From positions 1-46,211 of the forward strand of contig DAOWIS010000007.1 in assembly GCA_030640805.1 (NCBI GenBank): DNA of 46,211 bases, read 5' to 3'. Made by a program: the position numbers and the translations under genes. This stretch comes from a bacterium (GTDB lineage: Bacteria > Patescibacteriota > Minisyncoccia > Minisyncoccales > DAOWIS01). Under the pieces are notes generated by a model that did no database searches, was not told where the DNA came from, and saw only the letters and a list, made by a program, of their open reading frames with translations. This document shows positions 1-8,124 of this stretch, piece after piece (positions within the stretch are counted from its first letter, which is position 1; each line of letters begins with the position of its first letter).

Positions 1-286
1 AAAATCCAAAATCCAAAATCCAAAATTATTTAAAAGATTTCCGGAATTAAAAAAGTTCAAAAAAAAAGGGATGATACCAGCTGCTTATTTGATTGAAGAA
101 TGTGGCTTAAAAGGTAAAAGAGTAGGCGGAGTTATGGTTTCTGAAAAACATTCAAATTTTATTATTAATTGCGGAAAAGGAAGAGCCGAAGATGTAATAA
201 TTTTAATTAGTTTAATTAAACAAAAAGTAAGAAATAAATTCGGAATCCAATTAGAGGAAGAAATAGAATATTTGCCTTTTATTTGA
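1..286 (+). CDS. murB: UDP-N-acetylenolpyruvoylglucosamine reductase, C-terminal part (5'-truncated by window edge)
   Basis: PAAYLIEECGLKG...VSEKHSNFIIN.G...DV..LI..IKQKV..KFGI.LEEEI is the MurB C-terminal signature; the frame is open from nt 2 and begins with heptamer-derived KSKIQNPK. Confidence 0.93.
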   Translation, partial: KSKIQNPKLFKRFPELKKFKKKGMIPAAYLIEECGLKGKRVGGVMVSEKHSNFIINCGKGRAEDVIILISLIKQKVRNKFGIQLEEEIEYLPFI

Positions 287-287
287 T

Positions 288-482
288 GGGACCCCGCCCT
301 CTTAATTGCTTCGTAATTACAAAGAGTGAAGCGACTGGTTAGCATTTTACGAGATAGCACAATGGCGGTGCACTCCCTGTGGTCGGGGCTATTCGCCCAC
401 TGCACCGCGAAAGATAACATTCTTTATTTAACACTTACAGACTTTATCAAAGTTCAAGAGGGTAAAATAAAAGCGGGGTTCT
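288..482 (+). ncRNA. candidate rod-like structured RNA (6S-RNA-sized) or nested palindromic element
   Basis: GGGACCCCGC(288-297) pairs with GCGGGGTTCT(473-482), CCTCTT pairs with AAGAGG, and a central GC-rich hairpin GCGGTGCA...TGCACCGC lies at about 366-408; G-U pairs favour the + strand. Confidence 0.3.
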
Positions 483-523
483 CAATTTCTTAACTAAATC
501 AAAGATTTAGAAGAAATTGGAAG

Positions 524-532
524 TTATCCACA
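524..532 (+). promoter_or_regulatory. perfect DnaA box upstream of an extended -10 (TGtTAAAAT, 552-560)
   Basis: TTATCCACA. Confidence 0.5.
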
Positions 533-661
533 GTTTTTTTCTTTTTAAAAATGTTAAAATATAAAAAGAACCGCTCACTTCGTTCGCTGTAATTACTTTG
601 TAATTAAGAAGAGAATTTATTATTAACAAATACACCGTATTTCTTTCGAAGGAGTTACTAA

Positions 662-738
662 ACCCCCACACCAAACGAGGACAGGGCGTCAAGAGCGCCA
701 AAATTAATGAAGTCGGTCCTCATTATGGTAGTGGGGGT
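662..738 (+). repeat. branched stem-loop / palindromic element in the leader of the small basic ORF
   Basis: ACCCCCAC/GTGGGGGT, ACCA/TGGT, GAGGAC/GTCCTC and GGCG/CGCC stems. Confidence 0.6.
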
Positions 739-780
739 AAAGGTCGATTATTGATAAAACTCTAATTTCTAATAAAAAAA

Positions 781-873
781 ATGGTAAAAAGAAAAAAGAA
801 AACTACCAAGAAGAAAACTACCAAGAAGAGAACCACCAAGAAGAAAACCACCAAGAGAAAGAGAAGAAGATAA
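781..873 (+). CDS. 30-aa Lys/Arg/Thr-rich (histone H1/protamine-like) small protein
   Basis: ATG...TAA gives MVKRKKKTTKKKTTKKRTTKKKTTKRKRRR, built from a 15-nt repeat; AAAGGTCGA leader motif upstream and terminator-like stem downstream; too short for the ORF track. Confidence 0.65.
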   Translation: MVKRKKKTTKKKTTKKRTTKKKTTKRKRRR

Positions 874-886
874 GTTTTCTTAAGGT

Positions 887-1003
887 AGACAACCCCGCCC
901 TCTATACTGTATTGCGTTTACTCTTTAATTATCTAAGAGAGAGAAGATATTTGTCACTTTTTAATAAAAACAACTACTGCTTAGGGGGCGGGGTTGTTTT
1001 TTT
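887..1003 (+). terminator. 18-bp GC stem with 77-nt loop followed by a T run (terminator-like or structured RNA)
   Basis: AGACAACCCCGCCCTCTA(887-904) pairs with TAGGGGGCGGGGTTGTTT(982-999), followed by T tract. Confidence 0.55.
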
Positions 1004-1037
1004 AAGAAATTATTTATAATATAAAATTGAAAAGAAA

Positions 1038-1505
1038 ATGAAAATTACTATTAAATCAACTAATTTGAAATTAACTTCTGCTCTTCATGATTACATTGAG
1101 CAAAAAATTAATGGTTTAGAAAGGTTTATAAAAAAAGTTGGGATAAAAGACAGAAGCTTTGACCCTTCGACAAAACTCAGTATAAAAAAAGGAAAACCTC
1201 CTTTTGAGATTTGGTTAGAAGTAGGAAGAACTACTTTTCATCATAAAAAAGGAAATGTTTATAGGGCAGAGAGTCAAATTAGATTTTCCGGAAAAAGTAT
1301 AAGATCAGAAGTAGTTGGGCCGGATTTAAGGATAGTAATTAACGAAATAAAAGATGAACTCCAGCGAGAATTTAAAAAGTATCAAAAGAAACAGATGGCA
1401 ATATATAAAAGAGGAGCAAGAAAATTTAAAAAATCTCTTAAATTTGCTTCAGAGGCAAAATACAAACACAAAAAGGGAGCAAGAATAAGAGAAGAGGGAG
1501 CATGA
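1038..1505 (+). CDS. hpf: ribosome hibernation promoting factor / RaiA (S30AE) family protein
   Basis: MKITIK..N..LT..L..YIE.KI..L..F N-terminus and DL...I......L.R C-terminus; usual position upstream of secA. Confidence 0.85.
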   Translation: MKITIKSTNLKLTSALHDYIEQKINGLERFIKKVGIKDRSFDPSTKLSIKKGKPPFEIWLEVGRTTFHHKKGNVYRAESQIRFSGKSIRSEVVGPDLRIVINEIKDELQREFKKYQKKQMAIYKRGARKFKKSLKFASEAKYKHKKGARIREEGA

Positions 1506-2044
1506 CACCGACTAAGTTTTTTCTTACCAAAGGAGTGGGAATTCACAAAGAACGTCTTCGTTCTTTTGAGTTAGCTTTAAGAAATGCCGGGATTGCTCAA
1601 TTTAATTTAGTTTCGGTTTCCAGTATTTTGCCTCCCGGTTGTAAAAAAGTTTCCAGAGAAAAAGGTTTAACTTTTTTGAAAACCGGAGAAATAATTTTTG
1701 TAGTGATAGCTAAAAACGAGGCAAATGAACCAAATCGACTTATTGGCGCTTCAATCGGTTGCGCCCTTCCGGCTCAAAGTAATTCCTATGGTTATCTTTC
1801 CGAACATCGTTCTTTTGGAGAGACCGAAGAGAAAGCCAGCGATTACGTTGAGGATTTAGCTGCCTCAATGCTTGCCTCAACTTTGGGAATAAAATTTAAT
1901 CCTGATGATGCTTGGGATTCTCGACGCCAAGTTTTTAAAATGAGCGGGAAAATTGTTTATACTTCCAATGTTACCCAAACAGCCCGAGGACAAAAAGATG
2001 GTCTTTGGACATCGGTCTTATCTGTCGCTGTTTTTATACCATGA
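1502..2044 (+). CDS. pdaD: pyruvoyl-dependent arginine decarboxylase
   Basis: SFELALR.AGI..FNLV.VSSILPP self-cleavage motif; YGYLSEH. Confidence 0.9.
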   Translation: MTPTKFFLTKGVGIHKERLRSFELALRNAGIAQFNLVSVSSILPPGCKKVSREKGLTFLKTGEIIFVVIAKNEANEPNRLIGASIGCALPAQSNSYGYLSEHRSFGETEEKASDYVEDLAASMLASTLGIKFNPDDAWDSRRQVFKMSGKIVYTSNVTQTARGQKDGLWTSVLSVAVFIP

Positions 2045-2081
2045 AGAAATATTTAATGAGAGAAATTTTTTAAGCGAAGAT

Positions 2082-4925
2082 ATGTTTTTTATTCCTAAAA
2101 TTTTTGGCGATGCCAATAAAAAATACTTAAAGAAAACTCAGTCCTTAGTTGATAAGATTAATAACCTCGAATCAAAATTCGAGAGCCAAGCACATAAAGA
2201 TTTATATGCTTGGCTAAAAGAAAAAACTGCCGAACTCAAAGAACGATTAAAAAAAGGCGAAACTCTGGACGATATTCTTCCAGAAGCCTTTGCTTTATTA
2301 AGAGAATCAGCCAAAAGAACTTTAGGTCAGCGACCATTTGATGTTCAGTTGATCGGAGGGATTGTTTTACATCAGGGTAAGATTGCTGAAATGAAAACCG
2401 GTGAAGGAAAAACTTTAGCGGCTACTATGCCGGTTTACCTTAATGCCTTAGAAGGAAAAGGCGTTCATGTAGTCACAGTCAATGATTATTTAGCCAAAAG
2501 AGATACGGTCTGGATGGGACAAATCTATCACTTACTTGGGTTATCAGTGGGATGTATTGTTCATGAAGCTGCCTATTTGTATGATCCGAAATATCAAGGA
2601 GAAAATTCCAAATCACAAATTCCAAATTACAAACAAATTCCAAATTTCAAATCCCAAACTAATCCAAAATCCAAAATCCAAAATCCAAAATCCAAAAATG
2701 GAGAGAGAGATGAAAAAAGGGATTTAGTTGGAGGATTTAAGGTTATTGAGAGCTATCTGAGACCAGTTTCCAGAAAGGAGGCCTATTTGGCTGATATTAC
2801 CCATGGAACCAATAACGAATTTGGTTTTGATTATTTAAGAGACAATATGGCTTATGATCTGAACCAGATGGTTCAGAGGGGATTCAATTTTGTAATTGTT
2901 GACGAAGTGGATTCAATTTTAATAGATGAAGCTAGAACTCCTTTAATAATTTCTGCCCCAGATTTTGAAAGCACCAAAATGTATGGAGAATTCGCCACAA
3001 TTATTCCCCGGCTTAAGGGAAGTATTGATTATAATATTGATGAAAAAATGAAAGCCGCGACCTTAACCGATGAAGGAATTTCCAAGGTTGAAAAAATATT
3101 GGGAATAGAGAATATTTATCAAGAAAAAGGAATAAAAGAGGTTCATCATTTAGAACAAGCCCTAAGGGCTGAAGTTCTTTTTAAAAAAGACAGAGATTAT
3201 GTGGTTAAGCCTGCCCGCAATGCTTCGCATAGCGATGCAGGCGGGGATGATCAAGTAATTATCGTGGACGAATTTACTGGTCGATTGATGCCCGGTCGTC
3301 GTTATTCGGGAGGACTTCATCAAGCTCTTGAAGCAAAAGAAGGAGTTAAGGTTCAACAAGAATCTCGAACCTTGGCGACTATAACTTTTCAAAATTATTT
3401 TCGAATGTATAAAAAGTTAGCCGGAATGACCGGAACTGCTGCCACCAGCGCAGAAGAGTTTTATAAAGTTTATAAATTGGAAGTGATAATTATTCCTACT
3501 AATCGACCGATGATAAGAGAAGATTTTCCTGATTTAATTTATAAAACCGAAAGAGGAAAAATTAAAGCTATAATTAAAGAGATTAAAGAATCTTATCAGA
3601 GAGGACAACCCGTCTTAGTAGGAACGACTTCTATTGAAAAGAACGAAAAATTGGGAGCTTTTTTAGAAAGAGAAGGAATTCCTCATCAGATTTTAAATGC
3701 AAAACATCATGAAAAAGAAGGAGAAATTATTGCTCAAGCCGGCAGACTTAAAGCAGTGACGGTGGCTACTAATATGGCTGGTCGGGGAGTAGATATAATA
3801 TTAGGCGGTAACCCACCTGATTCTAAAGAAGCCGAAAAAGTAAAAAAACTGGGCGGACATTATGTCATTGGAACCGAGAGACACGAAGCCTGGAGAATTG
3901 ACAATCAGCTTCGAGGAAGAACTGGTCGTCAAGGGGATGCGGGTTGTTCCCGATTTTTTATTTCTTTAGAGGACGATTTAGCCAGAATTTTTGGTGGAGA
4001 TAAAGTAAAATTTTTAATGGAACGACTGATTCCCGAAGATCAACCCATTGAAACCAAAATGGTTTCTAAGGTTATTGAATCAGCTCAGGCCAGAATTGAA
4101 GGTTATAATTTTGATTTAAGAAAACATCTTTTGGACTACGATGATGTTTTAAACAAACAAAGAGAAATTATTTATAAGAAAAGGAAAAACGTATTAGAGA
4201 TAAAAGATAAAAGCCAAGAGGCAAGTTTGAGAGAAATAGTTTGGGAAATGATAGAAAAAGAGATTAGAAAAATTTGTGGTTTTCATTTTGCCTCTGATTA
4301 TTCTGAGGATTGGAATTGCGAAGAGGTTAGTGAAATTTTTAAAACAATTTTTCCTGTTCCAGAAAATTTACATAGAAACCTTTTAATTATTAAAGAGGAG
4401 AAAGAAAACCTAAATCTAAAGCGAGAGAAAATAGTGAACTACATTTTTAAGTTAGCTGAGACCGCTTTTTTTAAAAAAGGAGAGGAATGGGGAGAAAAGG
4501 CAGAGCAAATTCAGAAAATAGTTTTACTTAATAGTTTAGATGTTCTTTGGCAGGAGCATATAGATTTTATGGAATATTTAAGAGATAGCGTGAGATTAAG
4601 GGCTTATGGGCAGAGGGATCCTTTGGTGGAATATAAAAATGAAGGTCATCGTGCTTTCAAGAAATTATTGGAAAATTGGCAGAACAGGGTAGTGGGGACA
4701 ATATTTAAAGTATCGTTGCAACAGCCAGTCGCGACATCGCCAATTCAAACCGAGAAACCAACTGAACCTCGTCAATATAATCAGCGGCAATCAGCTAAAA
4801 TCAGCATTGATCAACGTGCCAAGCCTAAGCTTGGCAGAAATGACCCTTGCCCTTGCGGCAAAAAAGACCCCAAAACTGGCAAGCCGATGAAGTATAAAAA
4901 ATGCTGCTATCCGAAATTTGGATAA
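2082..4925 (+). CDS. secA: preprotein translocase ATPase SecA with C-terminal SEC-C motif and repeat-derived insertions
   Basis: AEMKTGEGKT, VDEVDSILIDEARTPLIIS, ATNMAGRG, DNQLRGR, GRNDPCPCG; start taken at ATG 2082 because the longer ORF overlaps pdaD. Confidence 0.98.
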   Translation: MFFIPKIFGDANKKYLKKTQSLVDKINNLESKFESQAHKDLYAWLKEKTAELKERLKKGETLDDILPEAFALLRESAKRTLGQRPFDVQLIGGIVLHQGKIAEMKTGEGKTLAATMPVYLNALEGKGVHVVTVNDYLAKRDTVWMGQIYHLLGLSVGCIVHEAAYLYDPKYQGENSKSQIPNYKQIPNFKSQTNPKSKIQNPKSKNGERDEKRDLVGGFKVIESYLRPVSRKEAYLADITHGTNNEFGFDYLRDNMAYDLNQMVQRGFNFVIVDEVDSILIDEARTPLIISAPDFESTKMYGEFATIIPRLKGSIDYNIDEKMKAATLTDEGISKVEKILGIENIYQEKGIKEVHHLEQALRAEVLFKKDRDYVVKPARNASHSDAGGDDQVIIVDEFTGRLMPGRRYSGGLHQALEAKEGVKVQQESRTLATITFQNYFRMYKKLAGMTGTAATSAEEFYKVYKLEVIIIPTNRPMIREDFPDLIYKTERGKIKAIIKEIKESYQRGQPVLVGTTSIEKNEKLGAFLEREGIPHQILNAKHHEKEGEIIAQAGRLKAVTVATNMAGRGVDIILGGNPPDSKEAEKVKKLGGHYVIGTERHEAWRIDNQLRGRTGRQGDAGCSRFFISLEDDLARIFGGDKVKFLMERLIPEDQPIETKMVSKVIESAQARIEGYNFDLRKHLLDYDDVLNKQREIIYKKRKNVLEIKDKSQEASLREIVWEMIEKEIRKICGFHFASDYSEDWNCEEVSEIFKTIFPVPENLHRNLLIIKEEKENLNLKREKIVNYIFKLAETAFFKKGEEWGEKAEQIQKIVLLNSLDVLWQEHIDFMEYLRDSVRLRAYGQRDPLVEYKNEGHRAFKKLLENWQNRVVGTIFKVSLQQPVATSPIQTEKPTEPRQYNQRQSAKISIDQRAKPKLGRNDPCPCGKKDPKTGKPMKYKKCCYPKFG
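2603..2695 (+). repeat. in-frame heptamer array in secA
   Basis: AAATTCC/AAATCAC/AAATTAC/AAATTTC/AAATCCC then (AATCCAA)x5, encoding NSKSQIPNYKQIPNFKSQTNPKSKIQNPKSK. Confidence 0.9.
3210..3245 (+). repeat. in-frame 36-nt palindromic insertion in secA (PARNASHSDAGG)
   Basis: CCTGC-CCGCAATGC-TTC-GCATAGCG-AT-GCAGG-CGGG interrupts the conserved YVVK-DG.VIIVDEFTGR motif. Confidence 0.85.
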
Positions 4926-4949
4926 ATATCACAAAATACCGTCTATGAG

Positions 4950-4995
4950 TTATCCACAAAAAAGACTTGACAGAAATTAACAGATAGAATAAGAT
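4950..4995 (+). promoter_or_regulatory. DnaA box plus sigma70 promoter
   Basis: TTATCCACA 4950-4958; TTGACA 4967-4972, 17 bp, TAAGAT 4990-4995. Confidence 0.6.
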
Positions 4996-5009
4996 ATAAT
5001 TACTAACTT

Positions 5010-5049
5010 CCCCGTCCCTAGCTTCGGCTAATGGCGGGTTTTTTATTTT
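5010..5049 (+). terminator. hairpin plus T tract upstream of the NYN gene
   Basis: CCCGTC-CCTAGC-TTCG-GCTAAT-GGCGGG-TTTTTT. Confidence 0.6.
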
Positions 5050-5065
5050 ACTAATTTTTGTTAAA

Positions 5066-5650
5066 ATGGAACTAATGACCAAACAGGTAAAAGATAAAAA
5101 CAAAGAACGAGTGATTATCTTTTTGGATGGTAGTAATTTCTATCACCGCCTTAAAGATCCAGAATTAGACCTTAGACAATTATTAGGATTTGATTATAAA
5201 AGATTTGCTCAATGGTTGGCCCATAGACGTCCAATTGTGGATTGTATTTACTATGTAGGTTTGGTAAGAAAAGAACCAGGCAATCCTAAAAGTGAGGAGT
5301 TAGTCAGAAATCAGCAAAGATTATTTGCTTTTCTCCAAAAACAAGATTGGAAAATAAAAACTGGCTATATGATGAAACACGATAAAGATTATAAAGAGAA
5401 AGGTGTAGATGTAAAATTAGCAGTAGATATTTTAGATATGGCTTATCAAGATAAATATAATACCGCTATCATTGTTAGTTCAGATACTGACTTAATACCA
5501 GGCATTATTAGGGCGAAAGAGTTAGGAAAGAAGATAGAATATATTGGTTTTTCACATAAACCAAGTTTTGCTATGCAACGTTACGCTAATTTAAGCCGTT
5601 TATTAAGTAAAATAGAATTAGAACAATTCTTGCCCAAAACACTTCTTTAA
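5066..5650 (+). CDS. NYN domain (LabA/DUF88, PIN-like) protein
   Basis: IFLDGSNFY, EKGVDVKLAVD, IVSSDTDLIP; real start may be ATG 5075 (leaderless). Confidence 0.92.
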   Translation: MELMTKQVKDKNKERVIIFLDGSNFYHRLKDPELDLRQLLGFDYKRFAQWLAHRRPIVDCIYYVGLVRKEPGNPKSEELVRNQQRLFAFLQKQDWKIKTGYMMKHDKDYKEKGVDVKLAVDILDMAYQDKYNTAIIVSSDTDLIPGIIRAKELGKKIEYIGFSHKPSFAMQRYANLSRLLSKIELEQFLPKTLL

Positions 5651-5733
5651 TCTAAAAATTTATTCGGGGATAACGCTCGATCGGACGGAATCCCCGAATA
5701 TATCTATTGATTTCAGAAATCAATAGATTGGAG

Positions 5734-5793
5734 AGTAAAAAAGATCCAGCCACTGGCAAACCAATTAAATACAAAAAGTGTTGTGGGAGATAA
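5734..5793 (+). pseudogene. orphan secA-type SEC-C tail remnant
   Basis: translates to SKKDPATGKPIKYKKCCGR*, versus SecA GKKDPKTGKPMKYKKCCYPKFG*. Confidence 0.75.
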
Positions 5794-5794
5794 G

Positions 5795-6502
5795 ATGAAA
5801 TTTGAACCAAAATTTTATGAAAATTGGAAAGATGGTAATCACTGTCTTCAAGTAGCTGTAATGATGGTGCTTAATACTTTAAATGGCCCTGTTGATTGGA
5901 AAGAAGTTAATAAGATAACTCAATATGAAGATGGTTTATATTCTTGGCCCCCCGCCGCTGTTATTAATCTTGCAGAAAGAATACCTGGTACAAGATTTAT
6001 TAGCACATTTGATTATAAAGACTTTTCAGAATGTGGTGAGGACTATGCTCGTGGATATATGAAGCCAAATTGGTTTAAAGACCAAAAACAACATGCATCG
6101 GAAAACTTTAAGAAAGAACAGACCGCGGCAAGAGGGCTTATGTCCAAGGGTTTGTTTAGAAAAATGAAGATAGGGAAGGGGGAAATTGAGAAATTTCTAT
6201 CCGATCACTTGCTTATTGCCTTAGTCGACGCTGGAAAAATGGCTGATAAAGATTGGATAGCAGGTCATTTTGTTCTTGTATATGGAGAAACTGATGATAA
6301 ATTTTTATTACATGATCCTGGATTACCCTGTCATTCAGCATGGGCAGTGGGCAAAGATCAATTTATGAAGGCATTTCAAGATGAATTAATTATAATTCCC
6401 AATAAGGGTATACGATTTGGGGTCGAGATTAGCAGAAACGATCCCTGTCCATGTGGCTCCAATAAGAAATACAAAAAATGCTGCTATCCGAAATTTGGAT
6501 AG
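5795..6502 (+). CDS. papain-fold peptidase C39-like protein with C-terminal SEC-C motif
   Basis: NHCLQVAVMM (Cys), GHFVLVYG (His), HDPG (Asp); ends RNDPCPCGS.KKYKKCC; ATG 5795 preferred over GTG 5783. Confidence 0.72.
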   Translation: MKFEPKFYENWKDGNHCLQVAVMMVLNTLNGPVDWKEVNKITQYEDGLYSWPPAAVINLAERIPGTRFISTFDYKDFSECGEDYARGYMKPNWFKDQKQHASENFKKEQTAARGLMSKGLFRKMKIGKGEIEKFLSDHLLIALVDAGKMADKDWIAGHFVLVYGETDDKFLLHDPGLPCHSAWAVGKDQFMKAFQDELIIIPNKGIRFGVEISRNDPCPCGSNKKYKKCCYPKFG

Positions 6503-6761
6503 TAGAATTAATAAAAAGTTTTTTTGTTGTAAATTTTTTTAAATTTTTTTTTAAAAAACCTTACCGTTACTATTTAAACCAATTAATTTACTGAACATTT
6601 TCAAGAGACGGTCGTCCCTTAAAAATGTTCGATGATATTTGGAAGTTCAACTTCCTTTTTTTGTTTCGTGTCAATTGTCAACCGTCAAATGTCAATTGTT
6701 TTATGTTCCGTTTCATGATTTATTGTTAAATGTTCAACAATTTGCTAAAATTTAATTAATT

Positions 6762-8114
6762 ATGTCTTCAAGGAATAAAATTAATACTTTTCTTTTTATT
6801 ATTATTGTTTTAGCCATTTTGGGTTTTGGCTTGAGTTATCCTCAAGGATGGAATAGAGGCGCAGATTGGATTAGTCAAAAAACTCATTTTAATCTTTTTC
6901 ATTTTCCCGAAAAACCCTTTAAGTTGGGTCTAGATCTTCAGGGAGGAGTTCATTTGGAATACCAGGCCGCCCTTTCTAATATTGAGCAGGGTGAGCGCTC
7001 TCGGGCAATGCAGGGATTAAGAGATGTCATTGAGAGAAGAGTTAATTTATTTGGCGTAAAAGAGCCGGTGGTTCAAGTGGAGGAAGGTCGTCATCGCTTA
7101 ATTGTGGAACTGGCTGGGATAGAAGATGTCAAACAAGCCATAGAGATGATTGGAAAAACTCCTTATTTGGAATTTAGAGAACAAAAAGAGAATTTTGAAA
7201 AGATTATAGAGTCCAACCAAGAGGCCTTTGAAAAAGGAGAAGCAATAGAGGATCCATTCCAGCCCACCAAATTAACCGGAAGGTATCTTGAAAAATCCCA
7301 ACTCCAATTTGATTCAACTACCCAGCAAGCTTTAGTAGGATTAGAGTTCAATAATGAGGGAGCAAAAATCTTTAAAGAAATTACTGAGAGAAATATCGGA
7401 AAAATTATCGCCATTTATATTGATGGCATTCCTATAAGTTCTCCAGTGGTCAGAGAAGTTATTCCTAATGGCAAAGCAGTGATTGAGGGCGATTTTAGTA
7501 TAGAAGAAGCCAAAGTTTTGTCTCGAAACCTTAATGCCGGAGCTTTACCTGTTCCTATTAATCTAATTTCTCAACAAATGATAGGAGCTTCTTTAGGAAA
7601 GCAATCTTTAGAGAAAAGTTTAAAAGCTGGAACAATTGGTTTGATAGCCGTAGCTCTTTTTATGTTTCTAATTTATAGATTTTCTGGACTTTTAGCAGTA
7701 ATAGCTTTGGGAATTTATATTCTCTTGGTTTTAACGATTTATAAATTAATACCAGTAACTCTTACCTTATCAGGAATAGCAGGTTTTGTTTTATCAATTG
7801 GAATGGCCGTCGATGCTAACATTTTGATTTTTGAGAGAATGAAAGAAGAGAAAAAAGAAGGAAAAGATTTTACCTGTATTATAGAAGAAGGATTTAGAAG
7901 AGCCTGGCCTTCTATTCGAGATGGAAATATTTCTACCTTAATTACTTGCTTTATTTTGTTTTTTATTGGTACGGGTTTTATTCAAGGATTTGCTCTTACT
8001 TTGGGAATTGGGGTTTTGGTTAGTATGTTTTCGGCTATGGTTATCACTAAGAATTTTTTGAAGTGGTTTGAAGGGAAGAAAATGACTAAGTGGAGATGGA
8101 TCTGGACAAGATAA
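6762..8114 (+). CDS. secD: protein translocase subunit SecD
   Basis: LGLDLQGG, IERRVN.FGV.EP, GALP, IGMAVDANILIFER. Confidence 0.97.
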   Translation: MSSRNKINTFLFIIIVLAILGFGLSYPQGWNRGADWISQKTHFNLFHFPEKPFKLGLDLQGGVHLEYQAALSNIEQGERSRAMQGLRDVIERRVNLFGVKEPVVQVEEGRHRLIVELAGIEDVKQAIEMIGKTPYLEFREQKENFEKIIESNQEAFEKGEAIEDPFQPTKLTGRYLEKSQLQFDSTTQQALVGLEFNNEGAKIFKEITERNIGKIIAIYIDGIPISSPVVREVIPNGKAVIEGDFSIEEAKVLSRNLNAGALPVPINLISQQMIGASLGKQSLEKSLKAGTIGLIAVALFMFLIYRFSGLLAVIALGIYILLVLTIYKLIPVTLTLSGIAGFVLSIGMAVDANILIFERMKEEKKEGKDFTCIIEEGFRRAWPSIRDGNISTLITCFILFFIGTGFIQGFALTLGIGVLVSMFSAMVITKNFLKWFEGKKMTKWRWIWTR

Positions 8115-8124
8115 CAAATATTTT

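Larger units (their letters stand above)
4896..6501 (+). mobile_element. insert bounded by 29-bp direct repeats of the secA 3' end (NYN gene plus C39-like peptidase gene)
   Basis: AAAAAATGCTGCTATCCGAAATTTGGATA at 4896-4924 and 6473-6501; no integrase seen. Confidence 0.65.

Noticed and set aside
288-420. tRNA, SRP RNA or HDV-like ribozyme
   Set aside because: No cloverleaf or T-loop, no SRP helix-8 motif, and I could not build the P1/P2 pseudoknot despite a GCGAA following a hairpin.
85-701. Minus-strand ORFs 85-420 and 507-701
   Set aside because: They overlap murB or palindromic elements, show no protein motifs, and read as translated repeats.
1953-2081. N-terminal extension of SecA in the ORF track
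   Set aside because: Overlaps pdaD in another frame; SecA similarity starts near ATG 2082.
2590-2760. Intein or intron in secA
   Set aside because: No Cys/Ser...His-Asn splice motifs or group I/II features; the insert is a low-complexity 7-mer array.
524-4958. Replication origin from DnaA boxes
   Set aside because: Only two isolated perfect boxes 4.4 kb apart, each beside a promoter; no cluster and no dnaA/dnaN.
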